Origin: Ascidiella aspersa
Lineage: Eukaryota
Assembly (NCBI GenBank): GCA_963924565.1
Contig: OZ004610.1
Span: forward strand, 11,780,001 to 11,844,000
Direction: 5' to 3'
Length of the DNA: 64,000 bases
Shown: positions 45,220-57,239 of the stretch, piece by piece
Position numbering within the stretch: the stretch's first letter is position 1
Layout of the letters: the number at the start of each line of letters is the position of its first letter
The notes under the pieces: generated by a model
Database searches by the model: none
What the model was told of the DNA's origin: nothing
What the model saw: only the letters and a program-made list of their open reading frames with translations
Position numbers and translations under genes: made by a program

Positions 45220-47593
45220 CTAAAGAAGAAAAAAATTAAAACCTTATTTATGAACCAACACAAGGCAGCCGCGATCAATCACCGAAACTGTTCGACAATA
45301 CTTTTTTGTGGTAAACGGTTTACCGTCATTGGAGTACTCTTACAGGTCCTTTATTCTATTAAAAAGCAGAATACGCAAGAATTACACTCTATGACTTTCC
45401 GGTAAAGGTTAAGTTCGATCATGCTTTGCATGCTGTTATACTTTCGCATCACGAGAACAAATTTCCCGCGACCTCTTCAAAGCGACGTAATTGGATTTTA
45501 CCCAAGCATAAAGTGATTTCGGAGGTCCGTCGGGAATTGCTTTAATAGGACATCTTGACCTATGTGTACTTAAACCGATAAATGCAAATTAAACTCTATA
45601 AAAGCAAGGTTCATTAAAATATGCGTTAAGAGCGTAAACAAGTAACTTAAAATAATTTTAGAAAGGGCATTGTTTTTTGGCGTAAGTATACCAAAATTAG
45701 TATAAAAACAGTACAAATTTTTTTTTAAAAGCAAACTAAAAAAATAATAGTATAAGCGAAGCGAGTACACCAATTTCATTAAATTTTTCTATTTAATTCA
45801 TATTTCCGGTGTTAATTTTTTCATAATACATATTGTCCTTTTTGTAGTAATGTTTTGAATCATGCTTAGTAAAATAGGGACTATACGAATCTTTAAAAAA
45901 AGTTTACAAATGATCACTAATAAACAAAATCCGATAAAAATTTGGCAATTAACACTCAAACTTAATGCAGGGCAAACGAAGATGAAATTCTGGTTTTGCC
46001 TAAAAGCAAAAAATATTTGAAACGCAACCATGGGTGGTGTGTATAGTTAGAAAATATATATTGGACATTGAATAAAATATAGCAGAGAAGTTTTACATTA
46101 ACCGTTAAAGTGATTAGAATATTGCAACATACAACCGTTGCCTCTTCCAAGGATAAAATTTCTCGATTTAAATTACAACGTTACATTTTATAGCTATTAA
46201 ATTTTGACATAATCTCTCAGGATCGACTGGCAAAGGTTCTTTTAATGAGCTGCTCATTTCTTTTTTGTATCTTTTAAAATGATCAGTGTTTTGTAACGAT
46301 AACACTAAGTGTGAAATTGACATAAGAAGCGCATTAAATTTTGCTCTGCGCTTAATAAGACACAATCTGGTGTTATTTTGCTGCAACCGCCGAATGAGGA
46401 TGTTAGCACAACAATCTGATGCTCGACTCTTTATCTATTGATGTTTGACACACGAATGACGTGCCCAAATGAACGCTAACGAGGTTTGACCCAAACCCGA
46501 CGTTCACATGTGCAACAAACTGTTAGATTACGCTGTCACCCTCGAGTTAATGTTCGAAAATTAAACCACGAAAAACTACTTAGTATGTGTTTCCACAACA
46601 GAATCCTGCCCTCCAACAGAACATTTTTATTATTTTAATATTTTTTACTATTTAGTTATTTGTGCAGATAAACTGATGATATGATTAATTTAAACAGCGA
46701 AGTGCATATTTATATTAAAAGTTTTACACTTTGCTGACTGATTATTATTCAAGTTCGAAACGATGCGCTTCTCAAGCTATTAAGAAAAAAGATTATTTTT
46801 TATTGAAAGTTTAAAAATTAGTGGGCAAAATTACGCGTCATAAAAAAGAGACAAACAGTGGTGTTATAGGGGATGGCCACAGTATGTGGGTGGTGGCATT
46901 CAGGCCGGCCAATAACCTTCCTATCGTAAGACAAAAATAAATATTTTTTTTTAATGTAATCGATATTAACACGACCTTTTACACGTCTAAAAAGAACCTT
47001 AGGCTGGGACGCGTTATCTGTCCCTAAACACCCTAAGCGGCATCTACTTTATACGGCGCCCAATTTCGGACAAGCTTAACAGGGCCAACGCGGCGAAAGG
47101 TCAAGCACGAATGTTACACAATGGTTGAATACATGAAACACATCAAAATCCAGCGCTTTGAATGTCCATAGTGTTTCATAACAGGAGAATAGCAAACGAT
47201 TTAATTGGATTAACACGGCCTATTCCGGCAACATCACCAGCGGTTGCACGGGATTCCACAGCTTCATCTGGCCGTTGTCAATAATGCATCGGCGCCGCGT
47301 CGTCCCACGCGGCTCGGCGGCTAGCCAACAAGCGACTGTGCATTTCTAATGTGAGAATTGCGATTAATCAGGTAGTCCCGATCGGGCGCCGTCCCACGGA
47401 GCCCTAATTGGGATTTTTTCCCCGATTTTTCGCGCGCATAAAAGTCGGACCGCGCGATCTACGACGGTACAAGCCTAGACAGGAATCGATATATAGAAGA
47501 GTTTTAAAACGCAGCAACCTCCTTAGCAGACGACACGCATTTCAGGTGATTTTTCTATATACTTTGTGGAGCGCAGTTCAAAGAAAGTTTGCA

Positions 47594-50482
47594 ATGGACG
47601 TTTTTTGCAAGGCAGCAATTTTTCTGTTTTTTGGCCTCGTTTTGACGGAAGGAAGATTCGTAATTCCGCCGCAGAACTCACTTCGCGACGACGGAGTGGC
47701 AGTGTCACCAATTTCAGGTAAAAATTGTCAGGCCGAATTCGATTATAAAAAGCGTATTCAAGGTTTCTAATTAAAAAAAATCGCACGAATAATTTAACTT
47801 GCGGAAACCGTTTTCACACAAACAAGTTTTTGAGTGCGTTTATAAAGGTGCGTTTTATGTGTATGACTGCGTAGTGCTTTGGTGGTGATTGATGTGGTTC
47901 ACAAGCCAAGATAAGGTTATCGGTACTCGAATATAAATGTCAAAATTAACAAAAAATGCCTTCTGTCTGAAATAATTATTTAATTGCTAGTTAAATTTAC
48001 AGCGTGCGACGAGGTTCTCTCCAAGACGTTAGTTCGCCTTTTGGTATCCGAATACAACAGGATCGGCGCTTCAAATCAGCTCTACGTGCCAGCCGGCGTG
48101 CCAGCCGTCGAATGCAAGGTGGTTATCACTGCTTCTTTTCCATTTGACTTAGCTGTAATGACTGTATTCCGGTAATTTCAAACGTTGTGAGCTGTTTTTC
48201 CCTCATAAATATATTGGGCACAGTGCGGAGGTAAACTACCAAATAAACTTTTGCGGAGGTAAACTACCAAGTAAACCACAATTCAAAATTGGGGACCAGA
48301 GTTTGAAATAATATACTTACCCTAAGGTAGAGCTAACGGTTACAGTGGGCCTAATAGCTTTTCGAAACTTGTCCGGTCGACAGCTTGAAACGCATCAAAA
48401 ATCCGTCCACATGTTGGTAACGTGTATATATATGGTTTGAGTGCAATAAAAAAAAAAAAAATGACAACCTAAATAAACAAAATAACAAGGGCATATTTTA
48501 AATGAGAAATACAAAATTATCTGGACAAAACCTAATGGAGGAAACTGTTGGGCACTGTTGTTTATGGTTGCACTAAATTGTTTTCACTAAACGTAATTTT
48601 AGATGAAATGCCCATAAGTTACACTGACATAAAATTCTCATGCAAGATGCTGTTTATTCTACACCCTGACTAGGATTGGCCCTGACTATAGGTTTAATCA
48701 CTAACAAACGACAAAAATAGTGTTAGCTTAATCGTGGTAAAATTGTTAACTTGTTGATTGGTGGATTTAATTTTCAAAATGGGCGAAAACTATTATAGGC
48801 AGAGGTAAGGCCCTTAAATAATTCAGAAATGACCGAACTCCAACAAATCAGATGAAAAAGAGCCCCTTAAAGCTATTACAAGCAACGCGCCGCGTTTTCC
48901 AAGTTCTTTAAAACAATTGTTGACATTTTATCAAACACGTATGAAAGACATAATGTATTTTAAGCTACACGGTTTCCATATTTATCGCGTTGGAGCGAAT
49001 CCAGGTCACTGCGTCCCAGAAGATATGATCACTTTTTCACGCGTCGATACGGACCTATATAGGCTCCAGCGCACCATTTAATCTATCGGCTATCCAATAA
49101 GCATTCGATTTAAAATCGAGGCGTTGTGTTGGTTTAACACTAAGTTAATAAACATATCTGTCCCGCCCACTATTCCCAAGACGTGGCAACGACAGACAAA
49201 AAATCGATGGAAACATATGTTGAGAACTTAAAAGAAGCAACCAAGTATAACTTAAAGGTCGACAAACCGCATATCGATTTTTCCTAATCATAATAAAGCT
49301 GCCGCAACTAACACCCAGGAGTGGAGTGTGATGGATAATCGTTCGGCATTTAACGCTTGTATTGTCCATTTAGAGCATCGACGGGCAGGAATGTGATCTT
49401 TACGTTGATTTGGCGCCGACATCTTGCAAGAGAAGCACTTCGACATTCTGGTTCGATTGTCAGCCCATCTCGTCACAGGTTAACCTTTTGTCCGTAGTCA
49501 TTTTTGCCCGAACCATTTTGGGGCAAATATGCCATTTCAAAAAGTTTACTTTTTAACCGCCTGTTACAATTTAACACTCGGGCAAAGTCAATGGTCCTTT
49601 TTTTAAATCGTTAAGGACACTCGGCTTAAAGATAAAGAAAGGGTTTAGCCATTATATTGAAGTTTTGTTATCGAGCAGGGCAGCTGAAGTCATTGCGCGT
49701 TTGGTTGATGATTTATCCCATATTTCGGAATTTATCAGTTTCAAATTTGCATAGTATGCGCCAGTCGTCTTGCGTTAAATTTTGTGTGTGATGTTGTCAC
49801 ATCCTGTAATCTTAGTGAATTTCGTGTTTATATTGACCAGGGTTTTGGACCAATCTTCCGTACGTACAGTCATCGTTTGTGTAACGTTTTAAAGTAACGG
49901 GATTCAGGCAACACTAAAATAAACATTATTTTAATATAGTTCTAGTCAAAAGACGAGAAGCCAAATATTGTAGAAACAGTTCAACAAGAAAAATCTCACT
50001 CTGTAAGCCATAAAACACTAGAAATGTTACCGCCAGATAAGCGAAAAGTCTCCTTTAAACGTTTGTTAAACATTGGAATCTTTCAGAATAATACAGAAGC
50101 TGGTCGGAAGACCGTACAACTTAACCCAAAAAACACCTAAAGCAAAACAAGAATTTAACACTTAACATGGCAATGCTCTGATCCCTGGTCAAATAGCATT
50201 ACATCAAAAAACTGTTTGTATAGTGGCATTTTTTACATTCCACAGGGTATAAAGCGCTGCCGGGGAACAGTCAACTTACAAAGTGGTACCGTCGAGGTAC
50301 CGTTGCGTTGTCAAGGCAACAACGGTCCGCTTGGCTTTCCCAATCAAGTGAACAACAACATGCAAATGGGAGGCGCGGATGGATACCCCAATTTCAACGG
50401 GGACGGCTTTTTGGCGGAGGACGGTAGCGAGGTTATGAAGAAGAAGTGGGAAAGCACTTCTGGCAACATCCAGCCGTTTTAA
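47594..50482 (+). CDS. Gene A: secreted cathelin (cathelicidin pro-domain / cystatin-fold) protein, 4 exons, 193 aa
   Basis: Exons 47594-47717, 48003-48118, 49374-49478, 50246-50482. Signal peptide MDVFCKAAIFLFFGLVLTEG; EYNRIGASNQLYV; LAPTSCKRSTSTFWFDCQPISSQ|GIKRCRGTVNLQSGTVEVPLRC. TATATAGA at ~47490 and AATAAA at 50624. Confidence 0.82.
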
Positions 50483-52862
50483 AAACGTTTGGGAACGGTA
50501 CAGGACGACCACTTTGCCACAAATTTTGTTGCTAGTTTTCCTTGCCATTTTGTCGTACTGAGGTATTTTTGTCGGTGTGATTTACGGACCTTTCCCTTTC
50601 GCAAACGATTTTTATTTATTTCCAATAAAGTGATTGAGTGGAAGTAGCAGAAACGACAAGACCCAATTATCAATATAGCCTAAGGCTATGGTAAACCTAA
50701 CAGAAATAAAGAATAGGTGAAAAATTAGGGTAAGGACACATCAGACAACTGGACTGTTCAAAGGCTGCCTATTTTTCAAACTATAAAACAGTTCCCAGAA
50801 AGAGGGTTTAAAAATACAAAAGGTCATAAAAACTCTCAACAGAGGTTGGAAGCATTGCACGTTTAAAACTTAAACAGCTACATTTTAAAAGTTTACGCAT
50901 AATTACCCTGTTTATATATCAGGTCACTATAGCTAAAAAAATTATGTTAACCAGCCAGGTGTCGGACAATCACGATCAAGGATAGTCTGGAATAGCTCAG
51001 TAAGTAGACAATGCGTCGTGTGTCAAATCGAATAAACTGGCCTTGTATACCGCCAGATCGTGCAATAAATGTATATCTTGGGCGTGTTGTACATCGCGAA
51101 GGCGGACTGCTTACATGTCGCGTACACAGAACATGTGTTTCGCGAAAACAAAGATGCATGATTGTCTAACAATAAACTTTGGAGCATAATGGTTGGAGGT
51201 TGTAGTAAGACGTAATAAGAATATCAAAGCCCATACAGAAGTAGGTATCATTTTGGACGTTTCGAATAACTCTTTATTCATTTTCAACATGAAAAAAGCG
51301 CCCTTTTGCCAAACTGTGGACCCAACACAGGCAAACGGCGTATACATAAATGTCAATTGGATAATTAAAAGCGTCTCTGCCAAGTTCCCAGGGTTTAAGA
51401 GGCCTTTTTCTTTCGATCCAAACTTTGCAATATTGTCGATCCGGACAAAGGTTCTATGGGCGATAGCACTCTTTTTAAGTTACTGATTCAGTTGCACATT
51501 TTACATCATTTTTGCAGACAGATAACGCGAAAAATTTAAATGCAAGTATATATTCAGCTACAAATCACGTATTTTAAATTTCAGAAGAGGTTTATTATCC
51601 AGCGGGTTTGGTATACACATTTTCTCGTTTCACTGCAAACCTGTCACAAACCACTTTTAACTAACACACAGTCATCCCTTTCAAGTAAAGATCATTAATA
51701 GTTTTCAACTCATGGAAAGGTCATACGCGCTGCGAACTATCGTCGATTTTATGAAGTGCAACGTTCGACTCCTAGCATCAAACCCACCACTGTAATGCTT
51801 TTTTGATGTGTTCATTTTTCTTATTATACCGGTATACTGCCATAAAGATATTTCATTTTTTTGTGTCTTTTTACTTTGCGTCTTGTTGGCCATGTGTGTC
51901 ATTCCCTGATAAAGGCTTTCTGAATAGTTAGCCGAAACGTTGGATAAACAAATATATACCAGAAGAACTTATTTTTAGTATATCCAAGCAAGACGCGATA
52001 CCAGCTAAAATAGCCAGGTATCCTCGCAAGGGCTTCTCAATCAGAAAAAACGGTTTACTCTGCCGAACGTGACAGGAAACATCAGCCGGCTTCGGTCTGG
52101 AAAAGGCCGACTTGGCTACAGCATCGGGAAGGTTGACCGCAGTACCTCGCCTCGTTATCTACCGACAGCTGAGCAAAATCGGGCTTCAGAATGCCGCACT
52201 AGTTATTCGTTGAGGCAGACTTTCGTCGGGAGTTTGTAGAGAGTGCCTTCCATGAACACTGAACAGTTATCGTTCGGCATCTCTCAGGAAATGTTGGTAA
52301 AAAGGACAGTGGCAAAATAACTTGTATGTGAAGCTTAATACACCGCTTAGATTAAAAGGTTTAAATTGATAATTGTATGTCTGGTAAGTTCAGAAATTAC
52401 AGTGCACAGGCTTGGAAAATCAATAGATATCGCCTTAACACAAATTAAGCAGGCGACTAAAGACAAAAATGAACCTAAAAATTAAATAAATCCTATATCT
52501 TGCGAAACTGTTACTTTTATCCGAAATTACAAATTAAACTCGATTATCGTGATTGTAAAATTGCAAACTTCATGATATTTTTGGTACGGACAAAAGGAAA
52601 CAAGTAGCGTTTTCAAACTGCGACTAGAGGTTTCGCTAATTTACGTTTCAAAGTAGTCGAGGCATTGCTCTTTTCCGAATAGGGCCCAATGACTGAAATA
52701 GGAATTGACTCCTTCCGCCAATCAAAGCAGCGAGCAAAACGGTGACGGCGCGACTCTTGCGCAAGGTGGCTGCCATTCGAAAGTGTCGCAAATCTCGCTA
52801 CCTTTTTGTCGCAGGTTCCTGTAGTTTGTGGACGCATTTAGACTGTGCAAAACACGTCAAGG

Positions 52863-55800
52863 ATGGCCTCGGCTGCGCTGTGTCTAAGTTCGATCGTCTT
52901 ACTGGCGATTGTCGCCACGGAAGGCAACCACCACGATGGAAGGTAAGGTGTAAGTCGGTCTATTGTTTGGCATGGGTAGAACGAATAAGGGTATTGTTGG
53001 CAATGTTTTTCAAACGTTAGTTGAAATGGGTTCAACCGGCTACAATCGGACTACATAAATCGTTCGTTATGTGTTGTAATTCGATAAATAAGATTTTAAA
53101 GGCATTCCATAAAAATATTTTTTTTTATTAGTGTCGAAAATTGACAAAACTATTTAGTAATACCGTTAACAGGTGGTCCATCGCGCTGAAACCACTTTGT
53201 TAAACACGATTGCAATGTTTTCTTTAAAATTACTTCTCCACGAAAAACAAAATCATGTAAATGGACGTAAACTTATATTTCTTTATTCCTACTCCGCGAT
53301 ATTTAAAATTGGGCAAATTTCAAACATCTCTCGAGTAGCTAATTTACTTGACTCTCAGGGATAATAACATTGTAGGCCCATGTAGGGGTATTTGGGCTCA
53401 AAAAAAAACAATGAAAGCTTTCTCCAGCCATGTTCGCAGAAATTGAATCTGCCGATTACTCGTGGTAAAACTTACAGGAGAAAATGATTGACGAGCCCCA
53501 GAAAGCTTTGCGGGCAAAAGACGATTAACGTCTGAAGCCATGGGCAAATTTTCACGGAAACCAAATCAACACGATCTTCTCCCAACGTTTTTAGTCGGAC
53601 TTTTCGTGTTTCGCTCAATACACGGCCGAGCTTTGTCGCTTGCACCGACGTAAATTTTCGAGTTTTGTCAGGCTTTTTTCGGGAGTATGGTATGCGATTG
53701 TAACAACAACTATGAACATCCAGTTGGGACCAGCAAAAAACAACAAAAAAGAAATTCAGATAATTAACTGCGAAATGCATTAATATTTATACACACAAGA
53801 AGCGTACTTTTCCCGCAGCTACCCGACGTACCTTCTGCCAGGAGTGAAAAGAAGCTACCGGCGCCAATACCAGCCTTCGTATCGCCTTCCTGTGAGATCG
53901 CCCTACGGCCGCGTTCAGCGTCATTACCGACCCAGTTCAAGGCCGAAGTACTACTACATTCCACGGCGAACCGTTCAATACAGAAGCAGGCGAATCCCGC
54001 AGCCCAGTAACTCGACGTGGAGCGATCCATACGTTCTGCCTCACGAACGCGTCTCCAGACCAAGGTGTATATCCTCACAAAAGTGTTTAATCTATGAAAT
54101 TTTAAGGGACCGTCAAGGTTTTGTAAAATATAGACAAGTCCGTGACAACAGCAGAGATTTAGAAGTTGGTACTCCTCAAGATTAAATGGTTGAGGTTACT
54201 CAAAATTTATTTTGCGGTCCTTTAAATTTTCTTAGAGGTCACCAAAGACAAACCTTCAAAACACTCTGCTCACAATTATAAGATGCAAATAATTTCAGTT
54301 GACATGGACGCGAAAACTAAGCTTATTACTCTCCTTTGGGAATTTATGTGAGAAGACAGTTAGCTTTTTTGGAATGCTTGTTTAATTCTCACGTATGACG
54401 AGGATAAAGTAAACAAATTTATTTTAGTAAAATTGTGCTCCATCTAACTAAATGCGAAAATATCTTGCGTTGCCATGTTAGCGACACGCAGCAAGAAATA
54501 AATACAGCCAAATCCCTGTGAACCTTACAACAGTTAACTCAAGTAATGTAAACGTTATTCACATATTCACGCGGAGTTTCCAAAAAAAACATCAGAGGCT
54601 AAAGTGTCCGCGGCAATATTTCCAAATCACATTTTGGCAGCAATATTTCGCAACACTAACCACGCCAAAACTAACGAGTGCGTGTCTTTAACAGCAGAGT
54701 AGCGGCAGTGGTGGCGACGAACCCTGACACTGCGGCGTACACACTTCCACGCGATACTCCAGCCTTGCTGCTTCCCAACGTGCAACCGGCGAAGAGCTTT
54801 TCTCCACTGTTAAATGGACACATGAGGATCCCGTATCGCCGACCAGTGGTGGACATGGGGTAATAAACTAGCGCAGTGGCGCCCTGGTGTGCCATTTCTA
54901 AAGCTCAATGGTGTCGATAGGTAGTTAGGAATGTGATATTTGCTCAGTTGGTAAGCTTTTTGGTGCAACAATTTGTGTGCGATTAGAGACAGTTATATAT
55001 AAACCTTTTTTTGATGCCCTAATATTATCCGACATTTTGATTTAGTGATGCAACTTGGGCGAAAGAAACAATCCTTAAAAATAGATTGTACTAATTTTTT
55101 AACTTGAATCTGAACAACGTTGCTTTCGTTTGATGTAGTTCGATGCCGGGTGCGGCTGGCATGCGTGTTGCGTCATCGCGCGCAAAGGTCTGCCCTTGGA
55201 ACATGATTCCTGCAAAATCGACTTCCAGCAAAGTACTGGAAGAAGCTTTGCAAATCTCGCAGACGAACGTCTCGTTCGTATTGAAGAACATCAAAGAATC
55301 GATGGTGAGACTGTTTGTCCAAGTCTATTTTTTTCTTAGAAAAATTGTCATATAGTTGTAAGCTTTCCTAGGACAATTCTATTAAAGCCTGTACTTCTAT
55401 TTGAAGCTGAGAAAGTGCCGCCGGTGCACCAGCTTGGGATGCACTCCAGCTTGGCAAGTGGCCATCATGCGCATCACCCTGGCGAGGGCGGACGGCTGTG
55501 ATTGGATGGACAAGTGCGAGTGTCAGCCAATCGAAAACGTGAGCTGGCGCAGTTGTTTGCATTTGAAATGTAACAGAACTAGGAAGGATTAGCAGGGGCG
55601 TCCACAGGTGCATTTCGTGTTCGGCGGTTATGTAAACCGGCGTTTGATGTACATTTTGAGCAGCGAAGGTAAATTTGCTGCGACCGAACGACATCGGTCC
55701 CACGACAAACATACGCTTCAGACAGTGGTCTAAAGTCCAATCGTCTAGTTATGATTTCAATGTGAAAAGTACTAAAGGAGGTAATTGTACTGGTTTGCCG

Positions 55801-57239
55801 CGTTGGGGAATCTTTGCTGCCGGATAAACCAACTATATAAAAATTTAGTATTTTCCAGGAATACTTTCAAATAGAGTTGTAAGTAGAATCGAAGTATAAA
55901 CCATCGGAAACTTTTAAACTTCGTCTAAGCATGGCAGTACCTTCTGTAATGTTTTCATTTTAACATACTATTGCTTCAGGGTTTAAAATACTTTTGCTTA
56001 AAGGTTTATGCTTTTGCTTCAAGAGTTATACCCCGCTTATGTCTTATTACGGTATACCTAATTTTGTTGTTGCACAGGACTGGGAAATTGAATGCAATGT
56101 GGAAGGAACGATCTTGCATAACACGATCTCCGTGACCAACTTCACGATAACGTGCGAGGAAACCAACAAGCCTGAGGTGAGACGCGAAGTGAAAAAGGAG
56201 TTGATCGACTAGCGTTCGCCATGAGTCATAAACCACCAAATGATTTAGCATACCTCGGCATTTGCAATGGAGGTGTCGAAGTGACGCGCCGCAAATATTT
56301 GATAACGAGCCGTCAGTCAATGAAGGGCTAAAGCAGTGGTTCTCAACCTTCGTGCCATTTCTAATGCCCAAGGGTGCCGATAAGTAATTGAGAACCTTCA
56401 AGAATCTGATTTTTGCTAAACTCGTTTATTGTGATATTCTTGTGATTTACCTACGGAAAAATCTTGTAGGGGTGCCGCAATCTATTTATTATTTCTGGGG
56501 GCTAAAGCAGTGCTTCTTAAAACATTTTTAGTTTTGTTCACCACTAGCATTTATCTCCAGATTTCATTCATCCTTGTCTCATGATATGATAAAACTATTT
56601 TGTCTATATATAACAGCACAAAATGAACACCCAGAATATCTGCCCTGCTGGCAAGCTATCACCCATTTTCTCACCCTTAGTCACCCCTGCAAAAATTGTA
56701 TTCATCCCAGGTTGAACCATTCACCTGATTAAGAAACACTGGGCTTAAGGACAAAGCGTTTTTCAGCAGTAGCAATGGTAAAATCAATTAGAGATAATTA
56801 ATTACACATTTTCTAATGCCTTATTTCACAGGGATTTGACCCGTGGGCCAAAGAGGGAGGTAAACATGTCCACCACCATCATCCGGATACAACAACGCCC
56901 GAGACCACCTTGGTTACCGATGAAGAGCAAACTGAGATGGAGGAAGAAGAAGAAGAAGAGGCTCCGGAACAAGGAGCATCCACCGAAGTCGTTACGACAG
57001 AGGCGCCGGAAGTGCCAGCGGAGCCACAGGATCCCGAAAAACCGAAGGATCGGATAAACGGCGATGAGGAGGAAGTGGGAAGCGGATCGGACGTCGGGAT
57101 TATCCTGATTCCTCCCATCATAGAGATCGCACCTCCAGGTCGCGGGGACTTTAACGGCAAGGAGCCGGAGCCGGATGATGCTCCACCACCGGCTCCTCTT
57201 CTCAACGACCTGAAGCAGGATGACCTCATTCGCTTTTAG
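52863..57239 (+). CDS. Gene B copy 1: secreted 431-aa protein with an Arg/Tyr/Pro-rich segment, a divergent cathelin/cystatin-like Cys domain and an acidic RGD-containing tail; 7 exons
   Basis: Exons 52863-52942, 53819-54064, 54695-54859, 55139-55304, 55407-55538, 56078-56176, 56832-57239 (1296 nt, phases 2,2,2,0,0,0). Signal peptide MASAALCLSSIVLLAIVATEG; AATAAA at 57385. Confidence 0.8.
56334..56741. mobile_element. Two adjacent hAT-type MITEs (truncated 56334-56499; complete 56508-56741), duplicated in unit 2 from ~63645
   Basis: The first starts CAGTGGTTCTCAACC. The second has TIR CAGTGCTTCTTAA / TTAAGAAACACTG. The 8-mer GGCT(A/T)AAG occurs before, between and after them. Confidence 0.75.

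Noticed and set aside
45570-46390. Cluster of short minus-strand ORFs in AT-rich DNA, possible LINE or transposase relic
   Set aside because: Low-complexity translations with no recognisable RT, endonuclease or DDE motif.
47410-47423. NF-kB-like site GGGATTTTTTCCCC upstream of gene A
   Set aside because: It is longer than the GGGRNNYYCC consensus, and short motifs like this cannot be supported without conservation data.
53472-53780. Minus-strand ORFs in the duplicated region (53472-53780, 53764-54078, 55368-55712, 56006-56401, 56826-57278) as missing GFM1 exons or genes
   Set aside because: None has EF-G motifs; most are antisense shadows of gene B exons, and they recur only because of the duplication.
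57225-57239. C-terminal ..LIRF as an RFamide neuropeptide
   Set aside because: No Gly amidation donor or basic cleavage site follows; the stop comes directly after Phe.
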